From positions 145,266,001-145,330,000 of the forward strand of contig NC_042997.1 in the NCBI RefSeq assembly GCF_006345805.1: 64,000 bases of DNA. The letters run 5' to 3'. This document shows, one piece after another, positions 26,667 through 38,461 of the stretch. The position numbers and the translations under genes were made by a program. A model generated the notes under the pieces. The model saw only the letters and a list, made by a program, of their open reading frames with translations. It ran no database searches and had not been told where the DNA came from. Source of the stretch: Octopus sinensis (Eukaryota). The stretch's first letter is position 1. Each line of letters starts with the position of its first letter.

Positions 26667-26732
26667 GCAACACTAAGGAGTGGCGTCTACAATGGTGTTG
26701 ACACCAGAGTAGACAGCACTCCTTAGTCTTGC
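26667..26732. other. Extended RNA hairpin (pre-miRNA-sized)
   Basis: ctaaggagtg/cactccttag, gtctac/gtagac and tggtgt/acacca paired arms with 2x2 internal loops; gcaa/ttgc basal extension. Confidence 0.4.
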
Positions 26733-26945
26733 GACAGACAAGCGTAGTAGAGTCACTGATGTGATAAAAATCGTCTGCTCTACGAAGTTGTTGGTGATGG
26801 GAAGGGCATTCAGCTATAAATCATTAAAGGAAAGAGAGACAGAAGGAAGCAAGCGAGAGACTCCTGCCCCTTTGCTGTGCAGCAAAACCTATCTAGGAAG
26901 GCAGTAACTTTGAATAAGAGATATGAAGTAGAGGGTACTTTGGTA

Positions 26946-27462
26946 TAACTACAGATTGGGGCTCCACCCCAACTTTGGTTCTTTATAACTTTCTGAAGAT
27001 GCAGATTTTTAAACGAAATTTTGCAGAGATGGATTTTCAAGAGATTACGATTAAGTAGATAACTTAGGAAAAAAACATTTTTGAATGGTGTTTTGAATCA
27101 ACACTCACATCCTGGCCGTTTCCATATGATTTTCTTTAAAATGCATATTCTTAAATAACATTTTGCGAAAATACGCTCGACAGATTGTATATGATGTAAT
27201 GTTAATAATGTTTCAAACATAAAAATCAGGAGGGGGGGGGGAAATAGTGAAAAATTAAAGTTACGGAAATTGGTAGGAATAAATCTAAGCGAGGACGGAG
27301 GAAGAACAATTCGAATTCTTCTCAATTTTTTGCCTTATATTTTATCCACATTTTTGCGATCTACACTTTCGAAAATGTATTCAAACATCACTTGAAAGTA
27401 TTTAAAATGAGTTGTGAAAAAAACAAAAAAAAAAAAAATCGATGGGGCACCAATTTGTATAT
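26946..27462. mobile_element. Decayed ~520-bp MITE
   Basis: Left end actacagattggggctcc, right end reverse complement atacaaattggtgcccc; similar internal segments in the copy at 30051-30572. Confidence 0.5.
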
Positions 27463-27869
27463 ATTCATACGGAAGCCAGTATCACTGAAGTCAGTGATAC
27501 TATCAAATGCTTCCAGACCGTGCCATAAAGTAAGTTAGTGACAAGATTATCAGACAAATCAGTTAAGTGTCTGGTTTTCTGCGTTGGTGTGCCTGACGAG
27601 GAAGGCGTGTGACGGAGTGGCTAGACGCTTTAAGATCCGGCTTACATATTACGGCATACAAAAGAAGTGATGATTATCATAATTATTATGCTATATATTT
27701 TTTGTTGCGTCTAGGGAGAGTCATTCTGTTTTAATGCCTTATTAATTAACACACTCACCGGTTCAATTTCCACTCGTTTACTTATTTATTTATTTTCGTT
27801 GCTTCTCGCAACCTCTTCAATAGTTGTTAACTGTCCGCTATCGGAGTTGCGTTCTAATATATATGTCTG

Positions 27870-28030
27870 CATATATATATGGAATGTTCTTTATGTTGCC
27901 TGTCTCGTTTCTCTATTTGTTTCTTTCGTTGTTTGAAAAAAAGTTCGATTTCCATGCTTTTGCTTTTTATGTTCTCGTTTCTCCTTTTGTTCACGTTTTT
28001 TTGACGTCCTGTACCCACATATGCATGTAT
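27870..28030. repeat. Pyrimidine-rich interspersed repeat (possibly Penelope-derived)
   Basis: Homologous to 52670-52815 (attctttatgttgc...ttttacgtcctgtacc). Confidence 0.55.
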
Positions 28031-28140
28031 ATATACATATGTAGGCATGTACATGTATGTGTATATGCATATATATATCCATGCTAGCATGGAAAACGGA
28101 CGTTTAACGATGATGATATATATATATATATATATACACA

Positions 28141-28334
28141 CTTATTCTTTTACTTGTTTCAGTCATTTGACTGCGGTTATGCTGGAGCACTGCCTTAAAG
28201 GATTTTTTAGTCGAAGAAATCGACCCCAGGACTTATTCTGTTGGTCTCTTTTGCCGAACCGTTAAGTTACTGGGATGCGAACACACCAGCATCGGTTGTC
28301 AAGCGATGGTGGGGGAACAAACATAGATACAAAT

Positions 28335-28369
<35 letters not shown>

Positions 28370-28532
28370 CGACGGGCTTCCTTCAGTCTCCGTCTACCAA
28401 ATCCACCCACAAGGCTTTGGTCGGCCTGAGGCTTTAGTAGAAGACATTTGCCCAGGGTGCCACGTAATGGGACTGAACTTGGAACCATGTGGTTGGGAAG
28501 CAAGCTTCTTACCACACAGCCACGAATGCGCA
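28141..28532 (-). mobile_element. SINE family A
   Basis: Near full-length copy. Confidence 0.9.
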
Positions 28533-28709
28533 TATAACATTATTTAGCACAAAACTAGCTTTGTAGGGCATTCTTTTCTGAGAGCCCACAATTGGAAACA
28601 CATTCCAGAAGCGCGTAGTATTGATACTTCGACATGATCACCGGGTTCATTTGGCCAACATGCCCACACACAGACACGCACGGGTGCGCGAGTGTGTGTG
28701 AGAGAGAGA

Positions 28710-28990
28710 GTATGCATAAGGCGCCCAGCCTACTGGTTAGGGTGTTGTACCCACAGTTGCTAGAGCATGGGTTCGATTCCCGGATCGGGTGGCGAGTTGT
28801 GTTCTTGTGCAAAACACTTCATTTCGCGTTGCTCCAGTCCACGCAGCTGTAAATGGGAAACCCGATAGAATAAGTCTTCTGAACAGGGGGATAGTTTATT
28901 CGCCTAGCCAGTCAATCGAAGGCTAAAACAACGCGCATTGTGACCAGCGGTGGATAACAACATCAAGGAGCCTGGTCAATACCGTGATAT
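28710..28990 (+). mobile_element. tRNA-derived SINE, family F
   Basis: actggttagggtgttg...gggttcgattccc head plus gttcttgtgcaaaacacttcatttc..ttgctccagtccac core; copies at 14090, 46925 and 50200(-). Confidence 0.75.
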
Positions 28991-29305
28991 ACATATATAT
29001 ATATACACACTGACAAACACACACACACAGATATAGATATACACGCGCACGCGCACATGTGTACGAAGCAGGCAGGCATATGTACTCCTTCATATAGAGA
29101 AACACTCCCCGGAGACTTAATTACGCACCCAGACATATTTGAATATGATACGTTTGTGTTAATCGTAATTAATTGTAAACAATATTTAAGTAATTTCATT
29201 AAATTACTATATACACATGCTTTAATAAAGTTGTTAAATACACAGCTGGTTTACAATAATCAAGTAATACCAAATATACATAATAAGTAGTCGATTATAA
29301 TTTAC

Positions 29306-29336
<31 letters not shown>

Positions 29337-30050
29337 TATATAAGGCAAGACAGAACAAATCCCGGGGTTAACGAAAGCGTCACTCACTACACAACAGATG
29401 GACTGCTAGAAATAGTAGCCAAATCACTAGTCTTTAAAAAGATAGTAGTAGTTCGCGAGGATGCTCACAGCTGGAACGTTTAACATAATGTCAGCTTCAT
29501 CAGAGCTAATCTGCAAGTACAATAAAAACAACAGTACATAAAATGTTGAGATTGTTGCCTGTCCCTGCCCAAGTCAGGCAATGACGAAACAGCAAACCTA
29601 AAATACCAAATGGTGTCCATTTTTCAGCCTAGACAATCACGTCCCTTTTTCAAGCATAGCAGATATGTAAAACTACTACATTAGCTAATGTACCCCCAAC
29701 CTTCTATTTTCAAGACCTTAATGTAATTTTGACAGAGATTTCGTTGCTATTTCCAGCAGCCACGTCCAACCTCTCTCTTTTTGCTTATAACAACATGGTT
29801 TGATATAAAAGTAATTCATTCAATAGAAAGTTCTTAACATTGATAATAATGTGTGCAACGTGCGTGAACAGGATAGTAGTAAGTACGGTGGACGATATTT
29901 AACAATGGACAAATATTGAGTAAACATCGGTTACGAAAGGTATTTATTTGCCAAACGACAGCAGAAGATTCGCATCTTTAGAAAGCACGCCCTCCGTTCA
30001 TTTGAAAAATTAAATGCACACATATATGCATACATACATACAAAGACATA

Positions 30051-30572
30051 ATTATAGTTTGTCTCCCAGCTAGATTTTGTTACATCATAAATTTCTATAA
30101 AGGAAGGAAATTGCAATATATCTTAATGAAATTTTGTAGAGATACATTTTCAAGGATATGCATAACAGTTATGTTGAAAATAAGAAAATTTTGAAGTTTC
30201 GTATCATTCTAACCTCGACTGATTTCTCAAAACTCTTTAAAATACTCATTTTTACAAAGCATTTTACAGAGATGCGTTCCCCGTGAATGTATATTACGTA
30301 ATATTGATATTTCAAACATATAAATGTAAAAAAAAAAAACCAAAAGTGAAAAATTGTTTAAGAGACAAATTGATTGGTAGGTAAGTTGTAATAAGGAATA
30401 TGTGAAACGATGCGAAACACCTTCGAAAAAAAAAATGCAAATTAAATTTTGTCAGCACAACCGTAATCAATACCCTCGAAAACGTGGTTGCAGCAAAATT
30501 TTATTCAACGCATACATTTTTTCAGAGAATCACAAGAAAATAAAATCTGTGGGGCACCAAACTGTAGTTATG
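30051..30572. mobile_element. Second copy of the ~520-bp MITE
   Basis: Right end ggggcaccaaactgtagtta; internal match to 27019-27060. Confidence 0.45.
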
Positions 30573-31984
30573 TCTATCTAAGTATCTACACGTATCAATG
30601 CGTCTGTGTGTGTGTGTGTGTGTGTGTATAAATACCTCAACTTACGTTGTTTCCAGTTACATCATTTTCGACTTTACGTCGTTCTCTTTTCCTTTCATTT
30701 TTTTTTTTAAGAAATAAATTTCAACTTCAGTTGATTGATCTGAATGCACACCAGTCTCAGAGAAAAATTAAAAACATAAAATTTTTAACAATAAACTAAA
30801 AAAAAAAAAAACCCAACTAACACTGATGTAGAAAATCAAATATAACACACGTGAAAATATATACAAACTATTTATTAAAACAGACATAAGCTAATAAACT
30901 TAAAAAAAAAACTGATTGTGTTACGTCGTTTTCCGAGTTAAGTCGCATGTCTCGGTAACACCAACGTAAATTGAGGTATGCATATACATATGTGTAAGTT
31001 AAGAAACGGTGGGCATTAGAATGCGTGAGGTATCGCTTCCTACGACTACTGAGGGTTTTTATATGCCACAATATTAGACTATTTTCTATAGTCAATATAT
31101 GGTGAAAGCGTAAGCTTTTATGTCCATACATTGTATGTAGGTATATGTGAGTGTGTGTGTGTGTGTGTGCATGCATATATTATTATATGTATTGAACCGA
31201 CTGTACTTCTTATCAGCAAATTGATAAAATATATTCGTTCAGTTCGTACATCAGCTAACTCAACAATAAGGTCGATTTCGCGAAACCCTTTCGTCAGCAT
31301 TATGTAATCCCTGATTTCGCTGCGATCAATACATACATTATGCACTAACACGCGAGTGATGTTCGATCACTTTACATATTCCTGGCAGAAAATAAATTCG
31401 ATATCCAGATTACGACACAACTTTAATGAATTACATTTCTTCCAAATACATACAAAAAAATGGACCGAAAGTGAAAATTTCCTTTTCACATTATATATAG
31501 TGAAAAGTTGTTCACTTCGTAAATCACGAAAAACGAGGTTCGATCGCACCGCATGGCACTCAGATGGATCGACCCAAGATGACGGGCGTCCGTCACTGGG
31601 TATTGATACTACTACTTCTTGTGTACCAGACTTACTCCACCCACCGTCTCGTGTATAAAACAAACAACGGAGCCCTGAGCATAGAAAGCGTTTGGATCAG
31701 GCCACCGATTCGAGAATAAGATTACACAAATGTCCAGAGATTCAGCTTCCGACTGTTGCAACTCATGAATGGTGGTTTCATTTTTCCCTTCCACCCACGA
31801 GTCTCAGATGCGTTGCGAAAAGGTCACGACGATCTGAAAAGCCAAAATTCAGTATAATGGATATGGCATTCGGCAGACAGGGTAACAATGCGTATATCAA
31901 ACCACTGCAAGGCGTGTATATAGACTGGAAATGGTATCCATGACACTTTACACGTGTGTGTGTGTGCGTGCGCGCGCACACACA

Positions 31985-32016
<32 letters not shown>

Positions 32017-32024
32017 TTATATAA

Positions 32025-32361
32025 TAAACACACAAAAGTGTAACACATACATCTATAGGCATATATATATATATATATATATATATAAACACACAAAAGT
32101 GTAACACATACATTATAGGCATATATATATATATATATATAAACACACAAAAGTGTAACACTACATCTATAGGCATATATATATATATATAATATATATA
32201 TATAAACACACAAAGATTAACACATACATCTATAGGCATATATATATATATATATAATATAATATATATATTATAAACACACCAAAGTGTAACACATACA
32301 TCTATAGCATATATATATATATATATATATAACACACCAAAGTGTAACACATACATCTATA

Positions 32362-32402
<41 letters not shown>

Positions 32403-32427
32403 CCAAAGTGTAACACATACATCTATA

Positions 32428-32481
<54 letters not shown>

Positions 32482-32486
32482 ATATA
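32025..32486. repeat. Composite minisatellite: ~35-bp constant unit plus variable (TA)n, 7 copies
   Basis: Unit taaacacacaaaagtgtaacacatacatctataggc. Confidence 0.95.
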
Positions 32487-32812
32487 AGCTCGTGAAGAAG
32501 TCTGCTTCCCACGTTTCCGGGATCAGTCCCACTGCGTGGTACCTGGGGCTAGTATCTTCTACTATACTTTAAACTGACCACAGCCTTGTGAGTGGATTTG
32601 GTAGACGAAAACTGAAAGAAACTTGTATATAGATGTGTATACACGAGTGTGCGCCTGATACTACTGCTTCACAACCGGTGTTGGCGCGCTTACGTCCCCG
32701 TAACATCGTGTTTCGGCTTAGGACACTGATAGAATAAGTACTGGCGCTTGAAAAGAGTAACTACTGGGGGTCGATTGAAGCGACTAGAGCCCTTCAAAAT
32801 GGTGCCCCAGGA
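32485..32812 (+). mobile_element. SINE family A (diverged)
   Basis: gggatcagtcccactgcgtggtacc head; ends atggtgccccaggatggctgcag. Confidence 0.75.
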
Positions 32813-33564
32813 TGGCTGCAGACACACACACAAACTTGTGTGCGACTGCATATGTATATCTTCGTTTTAAATTTCACTGCTCTGTGATTGAGCGGGCCAG
32901 ACGGAATCCGTTGAGACACATTATCTACAGCTGGATACCTTTCCTGTCGTCAAACCCCATGCAAGGACGTTTTCAGAGAAGAATGGAGATGTATGACGCC
33001 ATTCATATGCCGGTGAGACAACTAGAATGCGATATCAAGAGGTGACATAAATATATCTGTCCCTCTCTCTCTGCGTATGAATGCGTGCACACATACACAC
33101 ACATGCATGTATCAGTATATACATGTATTTTAAATATAGATACAGACACAAACATAAATGACAAAAGATATATGCATGCATAAATGCATATATATATATT
33201 GTTGACGTTATAAGTTATAAACTTTCGAGAGAATGTGAAATACTTATGTATATATAATATATATATATGTACTTATGCATGCATGTAACTATGCCTGCAT
33301 ATATATATATACACATAATTATGCATAGAGAACTATATAATTAGAGATTATATGTATGCACACACACACACACACACATATATTTATATCTATATATATA
33401 TATATATACACAGAATCATGATTATACATCTGCTGGGTCAGACGACAGCATCAGACGCTCTAACGTCCGTTTTGGCATGGTTTCTAAAGCTGGATGCCCT
33501 TCCTAATGCTATTTTACAAAATGTACCGGGTGCTTTTTATCGTAACACTGACATTAATTGAGGG

Positions 33565-33664
33565 NNNNNNNNNNNNNNNNNNNNNNNNNNNNNNNNNNNN
33601 NNNNNNNNNNNNNNNNNNNNNNNNNNNNNNNNNNNNNNNNNNNNNNNNNNNNNNNNNNNNNNNN
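33565..33664. other. Assembly gap (100 N)
   Basis: Direct reading. Confidence 1.
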
Positions 33665-35301
33665 CGTAAGTGCAGAGGTACCAAGTATACCAACTCCTGA
33701 TAGACAAAAACTATACTTAGAGACTGCAAGAAGAGGAAAAAGTAAACTTAGCCATGGCATGGATCGACTATCATAAGGAGTATGATATGACCCCACAACG
33801 CTTGGATAAAGGTATGTATGAACCTATTTGGTATTGCATCGATTGTGAGCGATTGCTTGGAAGTAACTTAGGGACAGTAGAAATTAGGAGGAACATCTTC
33901 CAAGGGGACTGCCTGTCCCCACTGATCTTGTACTGTGCTTGATACCACTAACACTGATTCTGAGGAAAGCAAAAGCTGGTTATGTATTCAAAAGCCAACA
34001 GAAAAAAGTGTTATTCATGGATGACCTCAAAACTTTATGGTACGGATGAAGCCCATGGTCAGTTCCTCGTTGATACGGTTGTATACGTTCAGTGCTGATA
34101 TCAGAATGGAGTTCGGACTGAGACAGTGTGGGGTGTTAGTTTTGAAGAGAGGCAAAATCAAATGTATGACGGGGTATCGATACCGTCGGGGAAGGTTATG
34201 AAGCAGATAGAAGAGACGGGCTAAAGTGCTTAGGGATTTTGGAATGGATAATTAATGGAGAAAGAAATGACCAGAAAAAATTTAAGGTGGAGTGCTTGCT
34301 CCGACTAAGACTGATCGTTAAGTCGAAATTAAATGGACGGAATAAGATCGAGCTATCAACATCTGGGCGGTTTTAACTCCTTAGATATGGAGCAGGGTAA
34401 TCGCATGGACAGTAGACGAATTAAAACAGCTTAGACAGAAAGACAAGGAACTTACTAAATAGATTGGGACACTCCACCCAATAAGTGACACAGACAAACT
34501 ATATGTACCAAGAAAAAGAGGGGGGACAGGACTTATTAGATGCGAACACAGCATTAGAGCAGAAGAAAACAACATAGCATGGTATGTAAAGATGCCACAG
34601 AACCGCTATTACTAGAAGTAAGAAGGTCAGGCTTATGTAGGATGAATGAGTGCAAAGATAAAGCATTATACAAGAAATTGAAAACGAATGAAACTGAAAA
34701 TATATGGGTAAAGAAAAGAATGCATGGACAATTTCAGAGGGATTTGGGGCATTTGACCAACAGAGAAAAGAGATGGCTGTGGATGACTAAAAGTGGTCTA
34801 AAACAGGAAATGGAGGCTCTAATCTGTGCTGCTCAAGAGCAAGCAATAAGAACCAACTATATAAAATACAGAATAGACAACACATCAGAAAGTGATAAGT
34901 GCAAAATCTGTGGACAAAATGGTGAAACTGTACGGCATATTACCAATCAATGTACGCCACTAGCCCAGAAAGAATATAAGAGATGCCACGACAATATAGC
35001 CATGCTTGTCCATTGGACACTTTGCAACAAAATTTGTAAGACCACAAACCCGAATGCACCATTGAACATTATAATGCAAAGATCAGTGCGACCATGAGAT
35101 AGAGAATAGGAAGCCGGACATAGAGATAATTGAGAAAGAAAACAAACTCTGCTGGATCATAGATATAGCATGCTCAGGTGACAACAGGGTATGCAATAAG
35201 GAAGAAAGAAAAGTCGAGAGATATGACAGGTTAGCTTGGGAAGTTAAGCGGTTATGGTCGATGAAAAAGTTAGCAGTAGTACCAATAATAGTTGGAGCCC
35301 T
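33665..35301 (+). mobile_element. R4/Dong-clade non-LTR retrotransposon (RT plus RLE), frameshifted, 5' end lost in the gap
   Basis: AWIDY.K.YD, IFQGDCLSPL, FMDDLK (34015), KYRIDNTSESDKCKICG..ETVRHI..C..LA.KEYKRCHD, PDI...IIDIACSGDNRV..KEERKVERY (RLE), VPIIVGAL. Confidence 0.92.
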
Positions 35302-35598
35302 GTATGTATGTGTACATGCGTGTATGTGTGTGTATGTATGTGTACATGCGTGTATGTGTGTATGTGTGTGCGTATGTGTGTGTGTATGTATGTCTGTATG
35401 TCTGTATGTATGTCTGTATGTATGTGTGTATGTATGTGTGTGTGTATGTATGTATGTATGTGTGTATGTGTGTATTGTGTATGTGTGTATGTATGTGTGT
35501 ATGTATGTATGTATGTGTGTTTGTATGTGTGTATGTGTATGTGTGTGTATGTATGTATGAATGTATGTATGTGTGTGTACATATGTATGTGTGTGGTG
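35301..35598. repeat. (TG)n/(TATG)n microsatellite
   Basis: Direct reading. Confidence 0.95.
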
Positions 35599-35639
35599 TG
35601 TTGGAAGTAGGTGTGTTCGTGGATACGTGAGTATGTGTG

Positions 35640-36580
35640 TGTGTTTGTTTCTGTATTAGGACAAAAAAGTTGTAGAGTGAAAATGAAACGTTGCTCCAAG
35701 TGAAGCCTGGATTGTGGAGGACCGTTGTGTGGGGCGAGACCAAAACACAGAGATGTCATCGGGAGAATGGCTGGCCGAGTGATGTGCGACGGAGAAAAGG
35801 ATGTTCGGCGAATCGATCTGACAACCGGCGTCCCGTCTGTCCTATATACAGCATTCCGCAGAGGTTGCATTTAATGCAGTATATGAGACCAGACGAAGTA
35901 CACGTAAAAGAATGTCTGATACGTACGGTTCGCTAGTTGGAACCGGTGACAGCAGTGGTGTTGGTGATGAAGGGGCAGGTGTGCAGCAGATCTGGAGCAC
36001 GGGAAGGATCCGTGTGGGACTGAGGGGGGAGAAGAGAGGGTGCTACGGACCAGGAGGTCGCGTAGATTCCGGGCTCGTTTGAAGGAGGACAGGGGTATGT
36101 TGGGGAAAATGGGGCGGGTCGTGGGATCGAGCTGGAGGCGACGGAAGGCACGTAGTATCTTCCGACGAAGGAGTAGAGTAGAGGGGTGGAAAAGGAGGGG
36201 AAAGGGGTGTGGTTGGGGGTGAGAAGAAGGAGAAAGGGCGGTGGTGCGGTCGATGCGACGAGCGCGGACGGGGGCGTTCAAGACCAGTGTAGGTGGATAT
36301 CCTCGATGCCTGAACAGGCGGGCCAGGTATTGAGACTGGTACTCGAAATCCTGGTCATATATATATATAAAAAGTTAATCCAAACAAGAAAGCCAAAAAA
36401 AACACAACAACGCGAGGACGTGGAACAAATATAGTATTATTGGACGCTCAGGAAAGAAGGAAAGAAGGAGGGTTTTTACGTTTCGAGCGGAGCTCTTCGT
36501 CGGAAACATACAAGAAGGAAAGATCCAGAGAAGGGAAGACAGAGGAAAAAAATCGCCAACGGTACACACGCGGTCAGATG
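35640..36580 (-). mobile_element. Penelope-like element fragment: GIY-YIG endonuclease plus upstream pLTR-like segment (copy 1)
   Basis: Minus strand FKRARNLRDLLVRS; IRHSFTCTSSGLIYCIKCNLCGMLYIGQTGRRLSDRFAEH (35800-35920); LEQRFIFTL. Confidence 0.9.
36472..36507 (-). ncRNA. Minimal type-I hammerhead ribozyme-like motif (copy 1)
   Basis: GUUU CCGACGA A GAGC-UCC-GCUC GAAA CGUA AAAAC; U4>C core variant. Confidence 0.5.
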
Positions 36581-36638
36581 AGGGTGAAAAAATGGGATAT
36601 TAATTAAATAACATCAATTTACACCAGTGGCTTAGCGT

Positions 36639-36671
<33 letters not shown>

Positions 36672-36689
36672 TATAATATATATATATAA

Positions 36690-36890
36690 AGACGTCACCG
36701 AGAAACTATGACATTACAACCAGCAGGCAAAATCTTCGCTACATTTGCGGCACCTGCCAGAGGGAGTGTTTTCCAGTATAGGACTACACAGCCACAGCAG
36801 GAGATGTATTAGGACATGAAATGTAAAAGCCGGACTAGATTATTTTATGCGCAACTCCATTGTCTCCCGAGACAAAAAGGATGCCAATAA
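36690..36890 (+). mobile_element. RTE LINE 3' end
   Basis: YICGTCQRECF-SIGLHSHSRRC followed by tccattgtctcccgagacaaaaaggatgcc and an A/T tail. Confidence 0.8.
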
Positions 36891-36910
36891 TATATATATA
36901 TATATCTATA

Positions 36911-36952
<42 letters not shown>

Positions 36953-36970
36953 GTGTGTGTGTGGTGTGTG

Positions 36971-37007
<37 letters not shown>

Positions 37008-37039
37008 TGGAAGTAGGTGTGTTCGTGGATACGTGAGTA

Positions 37040-38020
37040 TGTGTGTGTGTTTTGTTTCTGTATCTAGGACAAAAAAGTTGTAGAGTGAAAATGAAACGTT
37101 GCTCCAAGTGAAGCCTGGATTGGGAGGACCGTTGTGTGGGGCGAGACCAAACACAGAGATGTCATCGGAATGGAAGTGTGCGTGCCGAGTGTGATGTGCG
37201 AAACGAGGAGAGAAAGAAAGGATGTTCGGCGAATCGATCTTGACAACCGGCGTCCGTCTGTCCTATAATTACAGCATTCCGAGAGGTTGCATTTAATGCA
37301 GATATGAGACAGACGAACCCGACAAGTACACGTAAAAGAATGTCTGATACGTACGGTTCGCTAGTTGGAACCGGTGACGCAGTGGGTTGGTGATGGAAGG
37401 GGGCAGGTGTTGCAGCAGATCTGGAGCACGGGAAGGATCGTGTGGGAATGAGGGGGGAGAAGAGGGTGCTAGGGCACGACCATGGAGGGTCGCGTAGATT
37501 CCGGGCTCGTTTGAGGAGGACAGGGGTATGTTGGGGAAAAGGGGGCGGGTCGTGGGATCGAGCTGGAGGCGACGGAAGGCACGTAGTATCTTCCGACGAA
37601 GGAGTAGAGTAGAGGGGTGGAAAAGGAGGGGAAAGGGGTGTGGTTGGGGGTGAGAAGAAGGAGAAAGGGCGGTGGTGCGGTCGATGCGACGAGCGCGGAC
37701 GGGGGCGTTCAAGACCAGTGTAGGTTGGATATCCTCGATGACTGAACAGGCGGGCAGGTATGGAGACTGGTACTCGAAATCCTGGTCATATATATATATA
37801 AAAAGTTAATCCAAACAAGAAAGCCAAAAAAAACACAACAACGCGAGGACGTGGAACAAATATAGTATTATTGGACGCTCAGGAGGAAAGAGGAAAGAGG
37901 AGGGTTTTACGTTTCGAGCGGAGCTCTTCGTCGGAAACATACAAGAAGGAAAGATCCAGAGAAGGGAAGACAGAGGAAAAAAATCGCTCCAACGGTACAC
38001 ACGCGGTCAGATGAGGGTGA
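37040..38020 (-). mobile_element. Penelope-like fragment (copy 2, indel-rich)
   Basis: Near-identical to 35640-36580. Confidence 0.9.
37904..37938 (-). ncRNA. Minimal hammerhead ribozyme-like motif (copy 2)
   Basis: GUUU CCGACGA A GAGC-UCC-GCUC GAAA CGUA AAAC; stem I GUUU/AAAC perfect, cleavage triplet GUA. Confidence 0.55.
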
Positions 38021-38076
38021 AAAAATGGGATATTAATTAAATAACATCAATTTAAACACCAGTGGCTTAGCGTTAT

Positions 38077-38118
<42 letters not shown>

Positions 38119-38127
38119 ATATATATA

Positions 38128-38333
38128 AAGACGTCACCGAGAAACTATGACATTACAACCAGCCAGGCAAAATCTCGCTACATTTGCGGCACCTGCCAGA
38201 GGGAGTGGTTTGTCCAGTATAGGACTACACAGCCACAGCAGGAGATGTATTAGGACATGAAATGTAAAAGCCGGACTAGATTATTATTTATGCGCAACTC
38301 CATTGTCTCCCGAGACAAAAAGGATGCCAATAA
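38128..38333 (+). mobile_element. RTE LINE 3' end (duplicate)
   Basis: Copy of 36690-36890. Confidence 0.8.
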
Positions 38334-38346
38334 TATATATATATTA

Positions 38347-38426
<80 letters not shown>

Positions 38427-38461
38427 TATATATATTATGTGTGTTGTGTGTATATATATTT

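Noticed and set aside
26677-26700. Similarity to miR-122 (GGAGTG..ACAATGGTGTT)
   Set aside because: miR-122 is vertebrate-specific, and the match is gapped and disrupts the seed
12222-27125. Spliced signal peptide METAR(I)+YTFVVICVQLFALLHQSRSYALKL from exons 27109-27125 and ~12222-12297
   Set aside because: The second part is the RTE KGDAL..GNYRG motif region of the decayed LINE, and the first lies inside a MITE
31804-31806. In-frame TGA as selenocysteine in the 198-nt candidate exon
   Set aside because: No selenoprotein motif and no SECIS identified
32025-32486. CRISPR array
   Set aside because: Spacers are pure (TA)n, the context is eukaryotic, and there are no cas genes
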